A stretch of 64,000 nucleotides of DNA from Chrysemys picta bellii. Lineage: Eukaryota. Position 1 is the stretch's first letter; every line of letters starts with the position of its first letter. Location of the stretch: contig NC_088797.1 of assembly GCF_011386835.1 (NCBI RefSeq), forward strand, positions 32,488,001 to 32,552,000, in the 5' to 3' direction. Below are positions 48,161 through 58,760 of this stretch, piece after piece. A model generated the notes under the pieces. It was not told the origin of the DNA. It was given only the letters and a program-made list of their open reading frames with translations, and did not search any database. Both the position numbers and the translations under genes were made by a program.

Positions 48161-50660
48161 AGACTCTTACTAAGTGGGTGGATCAAGCTCCCTAAGCTCT
48201 CTTCTTACTGGCCTGGAGCTGTGGTCATGGCAATGGCTGCCTTGCCCATCCCAGGAGCCCTGCAGCACTGAAAGCTGCCTGGGATCAGGCAATGGGCGGT
48301 ACAGAAGTGTTTGTGTGTGCAGAGCAAATGACTAGGGCCCTACCAAATTCACGGCCATTCACGTGTTACAGCGGGATAACTAATGAGCATTTGCCGCCTT
48401 GCTGCAAAATCGTAGTGGAGACAAGGCACAGCCAGTTTTTGCCAATGTAGCAACATCATCCCCCCAATCTGGTGTGACCCCACCTATCTGTGTTACAGTG
48501 AAAGTTACAGAGCCTTGTCCCCATAGCGTTTTACAGCAAACGAGGGGGTTGTTGAGGGGCATTCAAGAGGTGTGGCTGGCAGCAAGTGCCTGAAATTGAC
48601 AAGAGAGACATTCAGGGCTGAATAGCAGGAACCTATTCTTAGCAGCGAGAGAAGGTTTTCTGTTCTACACAGGCTCTTATCCCACTCTCATCACTGCAGG
48701 ATCTTTGCATTATGCAATAAGACTAACATCTGCCCCATGGCGGTCATTCTTTCTCTTATCCTCTACCAAGGGGGAGAATCCTGCATGCCGTGGTTTGTTT
48801 AGGTAGGGTTGTGTCTATGTCCACACTGTTCTGTGTTTATGTCAGAGAAGTCAAGCAGGGTTGGGATGTTCCTTGTTTCCCAGAGGATTTTGTTCCACAT
48901 TTTCGGACCAGCCGCCGAGAAAGTTTGGTCTCCTGCACAGACAAACTTGGTCTCCTGCTGGCTTTCCCCCCATTTGATTTTCCTCTCCTTTCTTTCACCC
49001 TTGTACTCCCATGTCTTTGTAGATCTCCCTGCAAGCCTGGCACATTCCAGGGTTCTATGAATACAGACTATTGTGTTCTTTTAAAATTGCATTTAAGAAG
49101 TTGAGGTTTTATTAGCACAGGTAATAACAACAAATCAACACTGCTATTTCAGAGAGACCATTTAGGAAACAGCACTCATACGAAATCCCAGCTCCCGTCC
49201 ACAAGCCCCAACCATGTCTACATACATTGTTATTAATTATGTTGTGTATTGTGATGACGTCTAGAGTCCCAGTCATGGACCCCCATTGTGTTAGGTGCTG
49301 TACACATGCAGAACTGAAAGATGGTCCCTGCCCCAAAGAGCTTGCAATCTAAGGCCACATCTACTCTCAAAAGTTTTGCCAATAGTATTTTTGCCAGCAT
49401 ACGCGGCTGCTGTTCCAATGTCACCAGCATGGCCTTTGCCAGTACCGCGCAGCCTCACTGTGAGAGACTGTGTCAGCAAATGACACGCTGCACTGTGAGT
49501 AGGTACCTGTGCCTCCTGTGTCACTGTCCAGCACACTGCCTTGTGGGTCATTTTTGAAGTAGGGGCAGGGACTTTTTGTTCTGTTTGTAGAGCACCGAGC
49601 ACCCAGGGGTCCTGTCTAAGGTCCCTAGGTACTACGGTAACACAATATAAGAATAATGAATAATGCCAGCACTCCCTTGGGTGAGCACATCCCTTGGTCT
49701 AAATAAGGATAAAAGGTGTGTTTTTAACACGTTAAAATCCTAGTATAGACAAAGTGGCTGTAGGTTTAATATGGGTTTACCTTGACAAGCTAACGTGTTA
49801 AAACTGCATCTCACCTGGTCTGCACTATGATTCCACCATGTTAGTTAACAGATATGGGCTAACACGTGTTAAAATCACACCTTGTTCCCTAGGAAAGACA
49901 AGACTGGAGTGTAGCTAGTGATTTAACCTGCATCTGTGCTAAACAGACTCTGCCTAATGCCCATAGTGTACCCATCAGCTCCAGGGTTAAGAAAGGATAG
50001 TTCATGCCATGCCAGGAGCCGTAAGGGAGGTCAACCCATTATACTGGCATTAGAAGAATAAAGGTGATGACACTGAGCACTTTATAACACCCCAGAGATT
50101 TATGAAATCTCCCAATGCCTCTACTGTACTGTTGTACAGCCAGGGGCAAGACTGTGCATAGAACCCAGGAGTCCTGACTCCCAACACCCCTGCTTTAACC
50201 ACTAGACATCTCTCCTCCTGGAGCTGGAAACCAGGGAGCCTGACTCCCAGCCCTCTGCTCCAACCCACTAGACCCCACAGAATGAAAATAGATCTCAGGA
50301 GTCATGACTCTGAGCCCCCCTATTCTGATCCATGAGATCCCACTCACAGAACCAGGAATACACCTGAACCCCCACCCTATCCCCATCCTTCTAACCACTA
50401 GACCCCACTTCCTGCCCCTTGCTCTAACTACTAGACTCCATTCCCAGAACTAGGAGTCAAACCAAGACGCCTTGACTCCTAGTCCAGGCTATGCTTATGC
50501 CTTTGGGAAACTGGTTCACAGCTGAAGGTGACTGGGCATCGCTGCCTGTGATTGCATAAGTATCACAGTTCAGTGCCAAGCACACGGCATATGGAACAGC
50601 TTTTAAAGCCACACAGGTGGGATCCTATGCTGGGGAAAGCTGGACACAGCATGGGCTGTG

Positions 50661-52625
50661 CTACTGGACACAGCTGTTTTGGATGAAGAAAAGGAGGGGT
50701 ATTCCTGGGAAGGGAGGCGTGGGCATAAAACAGGTAACCCCTTCCTTCCCACCACTCAGGGTCACGTTGGTGGAGTGCAGCCAAGCCTCTAGGTCCTGCA
50801 AGCTGCAGTGGCAAAGCAGAGAGACCTCCTGGAGATTCAGGAATGCTAGTGCCTGGAGCGGCTGAAGAACAGATGGTGACAGGGTCACCAAGGGGTTACC
50901 CTGCAGCCCTAGCACCTGCAGGGAGTGCAGGTCCCGGAACAGCCCATCAGGAAGCATGGCCATGAGGTTCCCAGATAGGTCCAGAGCCTGGAGAGACACC
51001 AGACCCTGGAAGAGGCCCTCAGGTAAGGTCTGGAGATTGTTTCTGCTGAGGTTCAAGGCTGCCAGCCTGTCTAGATGGTGGAAGACATCCACACAGCCCC
51101 CTGCATTCCAGACGATATTCAGGGAGTTCTCGGAAAGGTCCAGCACCCTGAGCTGGCTGTGCCTGGGCATGGCTCTGTCCTGGTGCTCAGAGCACCTTGA
51201 GATCAGGTTGTGTGAAAGGTTCAGGAACTGCAAGGCAGGGATGCCCCTCAGCTCGTTCCAGAGCCCTCTCAGGTCTTGCATGCGGTTGGAAGACAAGTCG
51301 AGGAAGGTCAGATTCGTGGAAAGCTTCCCGATTCCCCAGGTGTCCTTGATCCTGTTCTGGCCCAGCAGCAGGCGCTCCAGGACAGGGAGCCGCCCTGGCA
51401 GCACGCGCGAGAGGGCATTGTCCTGCAGATTCAGCGTCCGCAGGGTCCTCAGTCCCTCCAGGGCATTGTGCTGGATGGCCCCAATGTGGTTGGACTTGAG
51501 GTTGAGGTGCAGCAGTGGGGAAGAGCTTAGGCTCTGGAGAGCCTCCATGTTCAGCTCCCCCAGCAGATTGTGGGAGAGGTCCAGGGTCCAGAGGTGCTGC
51601 AGTCCAGCAAAGGCCTCCCCACGGATCTCGTGGATCTGATTGGATGCCAGGCGCAGTGCACGCAGCTCAGGGAGACCCGAGAAGACCAAAGGCCCCAGCT
51701 TGGAGAGGAAGCCATGAGACATGTCGAAAGAGAGGACTCTGCTCTGGCTGAGCCCTGAGAAGGTGCTGGCAGAGAGGCCCCGCAGGTTATTGAACCCGAA
51801 CCCCCTCCCAATGGCCCCCGAGTGCTGCAACTTCAGATGCCGTATCTGGGCACCTGCCATGACCTTAAAGAACCGTTCAGCACTACCCACATCCCATGGA
51901 TTGGAGGATACATCCAGGGTTTCCACTGTGATGTTGTGGAAGGGACTGGGGCAGGAGTGGTTGTACCGAGGGTCCCTATAGGACAGCAGATTGGATGAGA
52001 GATCTAGGAGGGACAGGTGTTGTCCCCCGAGGTGGGTCAGATCCTTCCCGCAGATTGTCTTGATCTTGTTAAGCCGGAGCTGGAGGACAGCCAGCAGCTT
52101 TAAGCCTTGAAAAGAGGAATCGGGTCTCAGCCTCTTTATCTGGTTCCCTGTGAGATCCAGCCTTTTGAGGGACACTAAATCCTGGAAGTAGCCACCCTCC
52201 AGCACAGTCTCATCAAGGCCATTGGCATCCAGCAGGAGCACCTCGAGCTGCCGCAAGCCTGCCAAGGCCATGGGTTGGAGGCTCAGCTTCCTGTTGCCCC
52301 CGAGGTCCAGGAACGTGATGTTGGCCACCTTCTCAAAGGCCTTCTCTCCAATGGAGAGTGATCCCCCCAGCTGACATCCCAGAGACAGCTTCCTGAGCCT
52401 CTCCAGCCTGGGGAAGGAGGAGGCCGAGATGTTGGAGAGGAGGTTGAAATTCAGCAGAAGGATCTGGGTGGATGGGTCAATTTCTGGCAGTGTCTCATGG
52501 TGTTGAGCTTGGCAGCTGGAGACCACAGAAGACTGGACCCTGGAGGCGTGACAGCTCTGAACTTCAGCCAGGGCAGGACTAGATCCCAGCAACCAGAGCG
52601 CTAGGAGCCAAAGTTGTCTGAGCAT
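50661..52625 (-). CDS. TLR5: Toll-like receptor 5-like, soluble type (signal peptide + LRRs + LRRCT; no TM, no TIR), 654 aa
   Basis: Signal MLRQLWLLALWLLGSSPALA; TLR5-type LRRs LLLNFNLLSNISASSFPRLERL, GRGFGFNNL, FDMSHGFL, LDLSHNLLGEL; LRRCT CHCSL...TCFMP..SCVQ* with the stop right after the last Cys. Single coding exon after an acceptor at 52634. Confidence 0.9.
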   Translation of the reverse strand: MLRQLWLLALWLLGSSPALAEVQSCHASRVQSSVVSSCQAQHHETLPEIDPSTQILLLNFNLLSNISASSFPRLERLRKLSLGCQLGGSLSIGEKAFEKVANITFLDLGGNRKLSLQPMALAGLRQLEVLLLDANGLDETVLEGGYFQDLVSLKRLDLTGNQIKRLRPDSSFQGLKLLAVLQLRLNKIKTICGKDLTHLGGQHLSLLDLSSNLLSYRDPRYNHSCPSPFHNITVETLDVSSNPWDVGSAERFFKVMAGAQIRHLKLQHSGAIGRGFGFNNLRGLSASTFSGLSQSRVLSFDMSHGFLSKLGPLVFSGLPELRALRLASNQIHEIRGEAFAGLQHLWTLDLSHNLLGELNMEALQSLSSSPLLHLNLKSNHIGAIQHNALEGLRTLRTLNLQDNALSRVLPGRLPVLERLLLGQNRIKDTWGIGKLSTNLTFLDLSSNRMQDLRGLWNELRGIPALQFLNLSHNLISRCSEHQDRAMPRHSQLRVLDLSENSLNIVWNAGGCVDVFHHLDRLAALNLSRNNLQTLPEGLFQGLVSLQALDLSGNLMAMLPDGLFRDLHSLQVLGLQGNPLVTLSPSVLQPLQALAFLNLQEVSLLCHCSLQDLEAWLHSTNVTLSGGKEGVTCFMPTPPFPGIPLLFFIQNSCVQ

Positions 52626-53741
52626 AGTGGAACCTGCCAAAGAATAAGAACGATGTTACTCCACAGCACCCACTCCTGTAATGGGACATTTATACTGTGC
52701 CTGCTAGTGGTGCTAAGTGCAGGTACAACCCACACCCATTCTGTGCAGCATGCTAGCCCCCACCAGTGACGGCTGGGAGATATATAGTGGTTGATGAGGC
52801 TGCTACAGGCATAATAAAGCTGTCTCTCTTAGCCCAGGCAGTAGAGGTTCTTGCTTGAGATCCCAGGTTTGATTCCTACTACTAACAACCCACCCAGAGG
52901 ACTGGTGTTATACAGAGATAGCAAGATATCTAAAAGGGGACTGGTCTACTGCTATTGATTTTAGCTGGAAGGTGCTCAGACACCACTGTGATGGGCGGCA
53001 AGATAAAACCCATAGATAGTGGGCTTCTGCCTCTCCCTGGGACAGCAAGAAGGGTCTCCAGAGCTGGTAAGACTCTGTCAAAACATATGTTTTTTCTGAC
53101 AAAACGTGGCTTTTTGTCCAAGACTGAGTACTTTGTGGAAAATTTTCATTTCATGGAAAAATTTCCACTTGTCTGATTAAAAAACCTGGAAACTAAAAAA
53201 TGTTTCAGTAAAATAATGTTGGTTTTGGGTAAAAGTTGTTCATCTTTTGGTTAAAAATCAACTTTTTATCTTCAGTGTGTTTTCTTGGGTAATAATTTTT
53301 GGTTTTTGAAAAACAATATTTTTTAATGGAAAACTGGAAAAAATTGCCCCCCGTTTTCGTATAAATTTTTTCCTCACAGAAACAAGAACTTCCCACAGGA
53401 GCTGTAATTTATTAAAATAATAAAGACACTTGGCATTTTCTGAGCAGCTCTGCCTCTAACAGAGCCTGGGCTTGGGTCGAATATGGAGAGAGAGGGCCAT
53501 CCCAGGTGCTATGGGGCTAGTAACTGGACTCTTTGTGGGCTGGATAGGGTCTCAAGTGAGGTGTTTGTACAGCACCGGGCACAATGGGGCCCTGGGCCAT
53601 GACCGGGGCTCCTAGGTACTACTTTGATACAGATCATTAAGGTGGAAGAGGGTCTGTCTGTGATCCCTGCCCTGAGCAGGTTGCAGGGCAGGAGATCTTA
53701 ATCTGGGGGTCACAAGCAGGTGACTTCTCTTTCTTTCCCAA

Positions 53742-56700
53742 TTTAAGAACATAAGAACATAAGAATGGCTTTACTGGGTCAGACCAAAGGTCCATCTAGC
53801 CCAGAATCCTGTCTTCCGACAGTGGCCAATGCCAGGTGCCCCAGAAGGAATGAACAGAAACTCATCAAGCTCTGTCCCCTGTCGCTCATTCCCAGCTTCT
53901 GGCAAACTGAAGCTAGAGACACCATTCCTGTCCATCCTGGCTAATAGCCATTGATGGACCTATCCTCCATGAATCTATCTAATTCTTTTTTGAACCCTGT
54001 TATGGTCTTGGCCTTCACAACATCCTCTGGTAAGGAGTTCCACAGGTTGACTATGCGTTGTGTGAAGAAATACTTGCTTTTATTTGTTTTAAACCTGCTG
54101 CCTATTAATTTAATTTGGCGACCCCTAGTTCTTTTGTTATGAGAAGTAGTAAACAACACTTCCTTATCTACTTTCTCTACACCAGTCATGACTGTATAGA
54201 CCTCAATCATATCTCCCCTTAGACATCTCTTTTCCAAGCTGAAAAGTCCCAGTCTTATTAATCTCTCCTCATACGGAAGCCATTCCATACCCCTGATAAT
54301 TTTTTTTGCCCTTTTCTGAACCTTTTCCAATTCCAATATATCTTTTTTGAGATGGCACGACCACATCTGCACACAGTATTCAAGATGTGGGCGTACAATG
54401 GATTTATATAGAGGCAACATGATATTTTCTGTCCTATTATCTATCCCTTTCTTAATTATTCCCAGCATTCTGTTCGCTTTTTTGACTGCCGCTGCACATT
54501 GAGTGGATGTTTTCAGAGAACTATCCACAATGACTCCAAGATCTCATTCTTGAGTGGTAACAGCTAATTTAGACCCCATCATTTTATATGTATAGTTGGG
54601 ATTATGCTTTCCAATGTGCATTACCTTTGCATTTATCAACATTAAATTTCATCTGCCATTTTGTTGCCCAGTCACCCAGTTTTGAGAGATCCTTTTGTAG
54701 CTCTTCATAGTCTGCCTGGGTCTTAACTATCTTTAGTAATTTTGTATCATCTGCAAATTTTGCCATCTCACTGTTTACCCCTTTTTCCAGATCATTTATG
54801 AATATGTTGAATAGGACTGGTCCAAGTACCTACCCCTGGGGGACACCACTATTTACCTCTCTCCATTCTGAAAACTGATCATTTATACCTTCCCTTTGTT
54901 TCCTATCTTTTAACCAGCTAACAATCCATGAATGCACCTTCCCTCTTATCCCATGGCAGCTTACTTTGAATAAGAGCTTTTGGTGAGGGACCTTGTCAAA
55001 GGCTTTCTGAAAATCTAAGTACACTATATCCACTGGATTCCCTTGGTCCACATGCTTGTTGACCCCCTCAAAGAATTCTAGTAGATTGGTGAGGCATGAT
55101 TTCCCTTTACTAAAACCATAATTTGTTGACTCTTCCTCAACAAATTATGTTCATCTATATGTCTGACAATATTGTTCTTTATTATAGTTTCAACCAGTTT
55201 GCCTGGTACTGAAGTCCGTTTTACAGGCCTGTAATTGCCGGGATTACCTCTGGAGCCCTTTTTAAAAATTGGCGTCACATTAGCTATCCTCCAGTCATCT
55301 GGTACAGAAGCTGATTTAAATGATAGGTTACATACTACAGTTAGTAGTTCTGCAATTTCACATTTGAGTTCCTTCAGAACTCTTGGGTGAATACCATCTG
55401 ATCCTGGTGACTTATTGCTGTTTAATTTATCAATTTGTTCCAAAACCTCCTCTAATGATACCTCAATCTGGGACAATTCCTCAGATCTGTCACCTAAAAA
55501 GAATGGCTCAGGCTCGGGAATTTCCCTCACATCCTCAACCATGAAGACCGATGCAGAGAATTCATTTAGTTTCTCTGCAATGGCCTTATTGTCCCTTATT
55601 GTCTCCTTTAGCACCTCGATCGTCCAGTGACCCCACTGGCTGTTTAGCAGGCTTCTTGCTTCTGATGTACTTAATTGCTATTACTTTTTGAGTCTTTGGC
55701 TAGCTGTTCCTCAAATTCTTTTTTGGCCTTCCTAATTGTATTTTTACACTTCATTTGTCAGTGTTTATGCTCCTTTCTATTTTCCTCACTAGGATTTAAC
55801 TTCTACTTTTTAAAGGATGCCTTTTTGCCTCTCACTGATTCTTTTACTTTGTTGTTTAGCCACGGTGGCTCTTTTTTGGTTCTCTATGTTTTTTTATTTG
55901 GGGTATACATTTAAGTTGAGCCGCTAGTATGGTGTCTTTAAAAAGTTTCCACGCAGCTTGCAGAGATTTCACTTTTGGTGCTGTACCTTTTAATTTCTGT
56001 TTAACTAACCTCCTCATTTTTGTGTAGTTCCCCTTTCTGAAATGAAATGCTACTGTGTTGGGCTGCTGTGGTGGATATTACATTTAATTATATTATGGTC
56101 AATATTACCAAGCGGTCCAGCTATATTCACCTCTTGGACCAGATCCTGTGCTCCACTTAGGACTAAATCAAGAATTGCCTCTCCTCTGGTGGGTTCCAGG
56201 ACCAGCTGCTCCAAGAAGCAGTCATTTAAGGTGTCAAGAAACTTTATCTCTGCATCCCGTCCTGAAGTGACATGTACCCAGTCAATATGGGGATAATTTA
56301 AATCCCGCATTATTATTATTGAGTTTTTTATTTTAATAGCCTCTCTAATCTCCCTGAGCATTTCACAGTCACTATCACCGTCCTGGTCAGGTGGTTGGTA
56401 ATATATCCCTACCGCTATATTCTTATTATTAGAGCATGGAATTTCTATCCATAGAGATTCTATGGTACAGTTTGATTAATTTACGATTTTTACTTCATTT
56501 GATTCTACGTTTTCTTTCACATATAGTGCCACTCCCCCACCAGCACGACCTATTCTGTCCTTCCGATATATTTTGTACCCTGGTATTACTGACTTCAGAG
56601 TAACAGCCGTGTTAGTCTGTATCCGCAAAAAGAAGAACAGGAGTACTTGTGGCACCTTAGAGACTAACAAATTTATTAGAGCATAAGCTTTCGTGGACTA

Positions 56701-57310
56701 CAGCCCACTTCTTCGGATGCATATAGAATGGAACATATATTGAGGAGATATATATACACACATACAGAGAGCATAAACAGGTGGGAGTTGTCTTACCAAC
56801 TCTGAGAGGCCAATTAATTAAGAGAAAAAAAAAACTTTTGAAGTGATAATCAAGCTAGGCCAGTACAGACAGTTTGATAATAGGTGTGAGAGTACTTACA
56901 AGGGGAGATAGAGTCAATGTTTGTAATGGCTCAGCCATTCCCAGTCCTTATTCAAACCGGAGTTGATTGTGTCTAGTTTGCATATCAATTCTAGCTCTGC
57001 AGTCTCTCTTTGGAGTCTGTTTTTGAAGTTTTTCTGTGTATATATATCTCTTCAATATATGTTCCATTCTATATGCATCCGAAGAAGTGGGCTGTAGTCC
57101 ACGAAAGCTTATGCTCTAATAAATTTGTTAGTCTTTAAGGTGCCACAAGTACTCCTGGTATTACTGTATCCCACTGATTATCCTTATTCCACCAAGTTTC
57201 TGTGATGCCTATTATATCAATATCCTCATTTAATACGAGGCACTCCACTTCACCCATTTTATTCTTTAGACTTCTAGCAATTCTATTCTAGAAATACCAA
57301 TTTCTATTGT
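53742..57310 (-). mobile_element. Long CR1 LINE (endonuclease + RT, disrupted) with (TTCTTATG)n-type 3' tail
   Basis: ORF pieces DLNYPHIDW..EPTRGEAILDLVL (APE), [51 protein letters not shown]; tail AAGAACATAAGAACATAAG at 53742-63. Confidence 0.95.
56592..57155 (-). mobile_element. Young Penelope-like insertion (3' end plus inverted pLTR) inside the CR1
   Basis: TSD TGGTATTACTG (56581-91, 57156-66); ~120-bp inverted arms with 2 mismatches; spacer encodes the PLE C-terminus (KNRLQRETAELELICKLDTINSGLNKDWEWLSHY) on -. Confidence 0.9.
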
Positions 57311-57731
57311 GCTGTAAGGTGCAGGCACAAGTAAAGCCAGGAGGCTCCCCAGGGTAGCTGAGCATGCCTTTCTCTCCCATCAGTGTCCTCATATCCTGGC
57401 TACCTCAGGGACTGGGTACAGGGCACTGATCACTGGATTCCCTCTCCAGGGCAGTGACTGCTCGCAGTAACCAACAACTGCCCAGTAGCATATGAGAAAT
57501 GAGCGTGACCAGTCTCAGCTCAGCTCCCAGGGAACCAGGTGACCAGAACTGGCCCCTTCATCTCAGTAGAGGGCCGCAGGGACAGTGCTCCCCTCTAGCA
57601 GCCATACTCAAAAGGCAGCACCCAGGCATGCTGGCCGGGAAGCTTGCACCACAGGCATCCTGCTCTATCCCTTTGCAGAACTCCCCCTCCCACCCAGCAT
57701 CTCCCCCATCCCTACCAGACCCTCTACTCAC

Positions 57732-57945
57732 CCCCAGGGAGCGAAGATTTGTGCTGGAGACACCGCACAGCAGCCACGTTCACCACCTGCGCCCTCTGCC
57801 ATCCACCCGTCTGCTCCGGCTTTATTTAAGCCCCCACCACGGAAGAAGACAGCTGCTCCCAGAAGGCTCCGGCCCCCACCTCAGCTGCTGTTTACTCAGC
57901 GGGTGTTCAGGAACTTGCGAAATGGGAAGTTGGGGGAAATTCCCC
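57732..57945 (-). promoter_or_regulatory. Candidate soluble-TLR5 promoter and non-coding exon 1
   Basis: NF-kB GGGGAAATTCCCC 57933-45; C/EBP TTGCGAAAT 57915-23; TATA-like TTAAATAAA (minus) 57829-21; strong donor GG|GTGAGT at 57732/57731. Confidence 0.55.
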
Positions 57946-58485
57946 TCCTGGTCCCCTCCTGCAGTTATTGCTTCCTCGGGCCTTTGCGGTGAACGGTCGC
58001 GGGTCACCCTAGCAAGCTGGTGTGAGCGGCCTTACATCTTCTTGAGTCAATGAGCCGCAACCCTACTCTCAGCCCTGCTGCTCTAACCACTAGACATCAC
58101 TCCCCACCCAGAGCTGGAACAGAACCCAGGAGTCCTGACTCCCAGTCTCCTACTTATACCAGTAAACGTGGGAAAAGCTGGCCACTTGGACGGGGGCTCT
58201 TGTGACCTCCGGATGCTTCAGACCAAAACCTTGTGCAATCTTGGCCCCTCAGGCAGATTCCTTCTTCATTCCCACTGGTGACCAGCTCCAAGCTGGAAGA
58301 GTGAGGCTGGAGAACCCCTGGGTTGTTGCTGGTTTGGACACACCCTCCCTGTGTGTGCATGAGCAGATCACTGAACCTCTCTGGGCCTCAGTTTCCCATC
58401 TGTGAAATGGGAAGAATAATTGTTCCTCTGCCTTGTCTATTTAGATTGTCCTGGGACAGGGGCTGACTCTTATTGTGTGTCTGTG

Positions 58486-58760
58486 CAGCACCTGGCACAA
58501 TGGGGCCCCAATCTTGATCAAGCATAGGCAGCCCCCAGCACAATGGGGGCCCCACTCTTGGTCAGGGTCTGTGAAGCACCTGGCACAATGCAGGCCCTAA
58601 TCTTGATCAGGGTTTGTGCAGCACTCCATACAATGGGGCTCTGATTTCCGTCACCATCTGTGCTACAATGGGGCCCAAGTCTCAGTGAAGGACTGTGCAG
58701 TGCCTGGCCCAATGGAGCCCGATCTCATCGGGGCTCTGTAGGAGCTACTGCAATGCCAAA
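58486..58760. repeat. Degenerate ~43-bp tandem repeat (about 6 units) derived from a SINE 3' tail
   Basis: Recurrent CAGCACCTGGCACAATGGGGCCC..TCTTG.TCAG..TCTGTG directly after a CORE-SINE. Confidence 0.7.

Noticed and set aside
48200-50660. Downstream exon encoding TLR5 TM/TIR
   Set aside because: No TIR box motifs or hydrophobic TM segment seen in the listed ORFs or by eye; the region is mostly SINE/MITE debris.
50956-51639. 227-aa plus-strand ORF
   Set aside because: Antisense shadow of the Leu-rich, GC3-biased TLR5-like CDS.
53941-56361. ORFs of 195, 178 and 103 aa as host genes
   Set aside because: They are CR1 ORF2 fragments.
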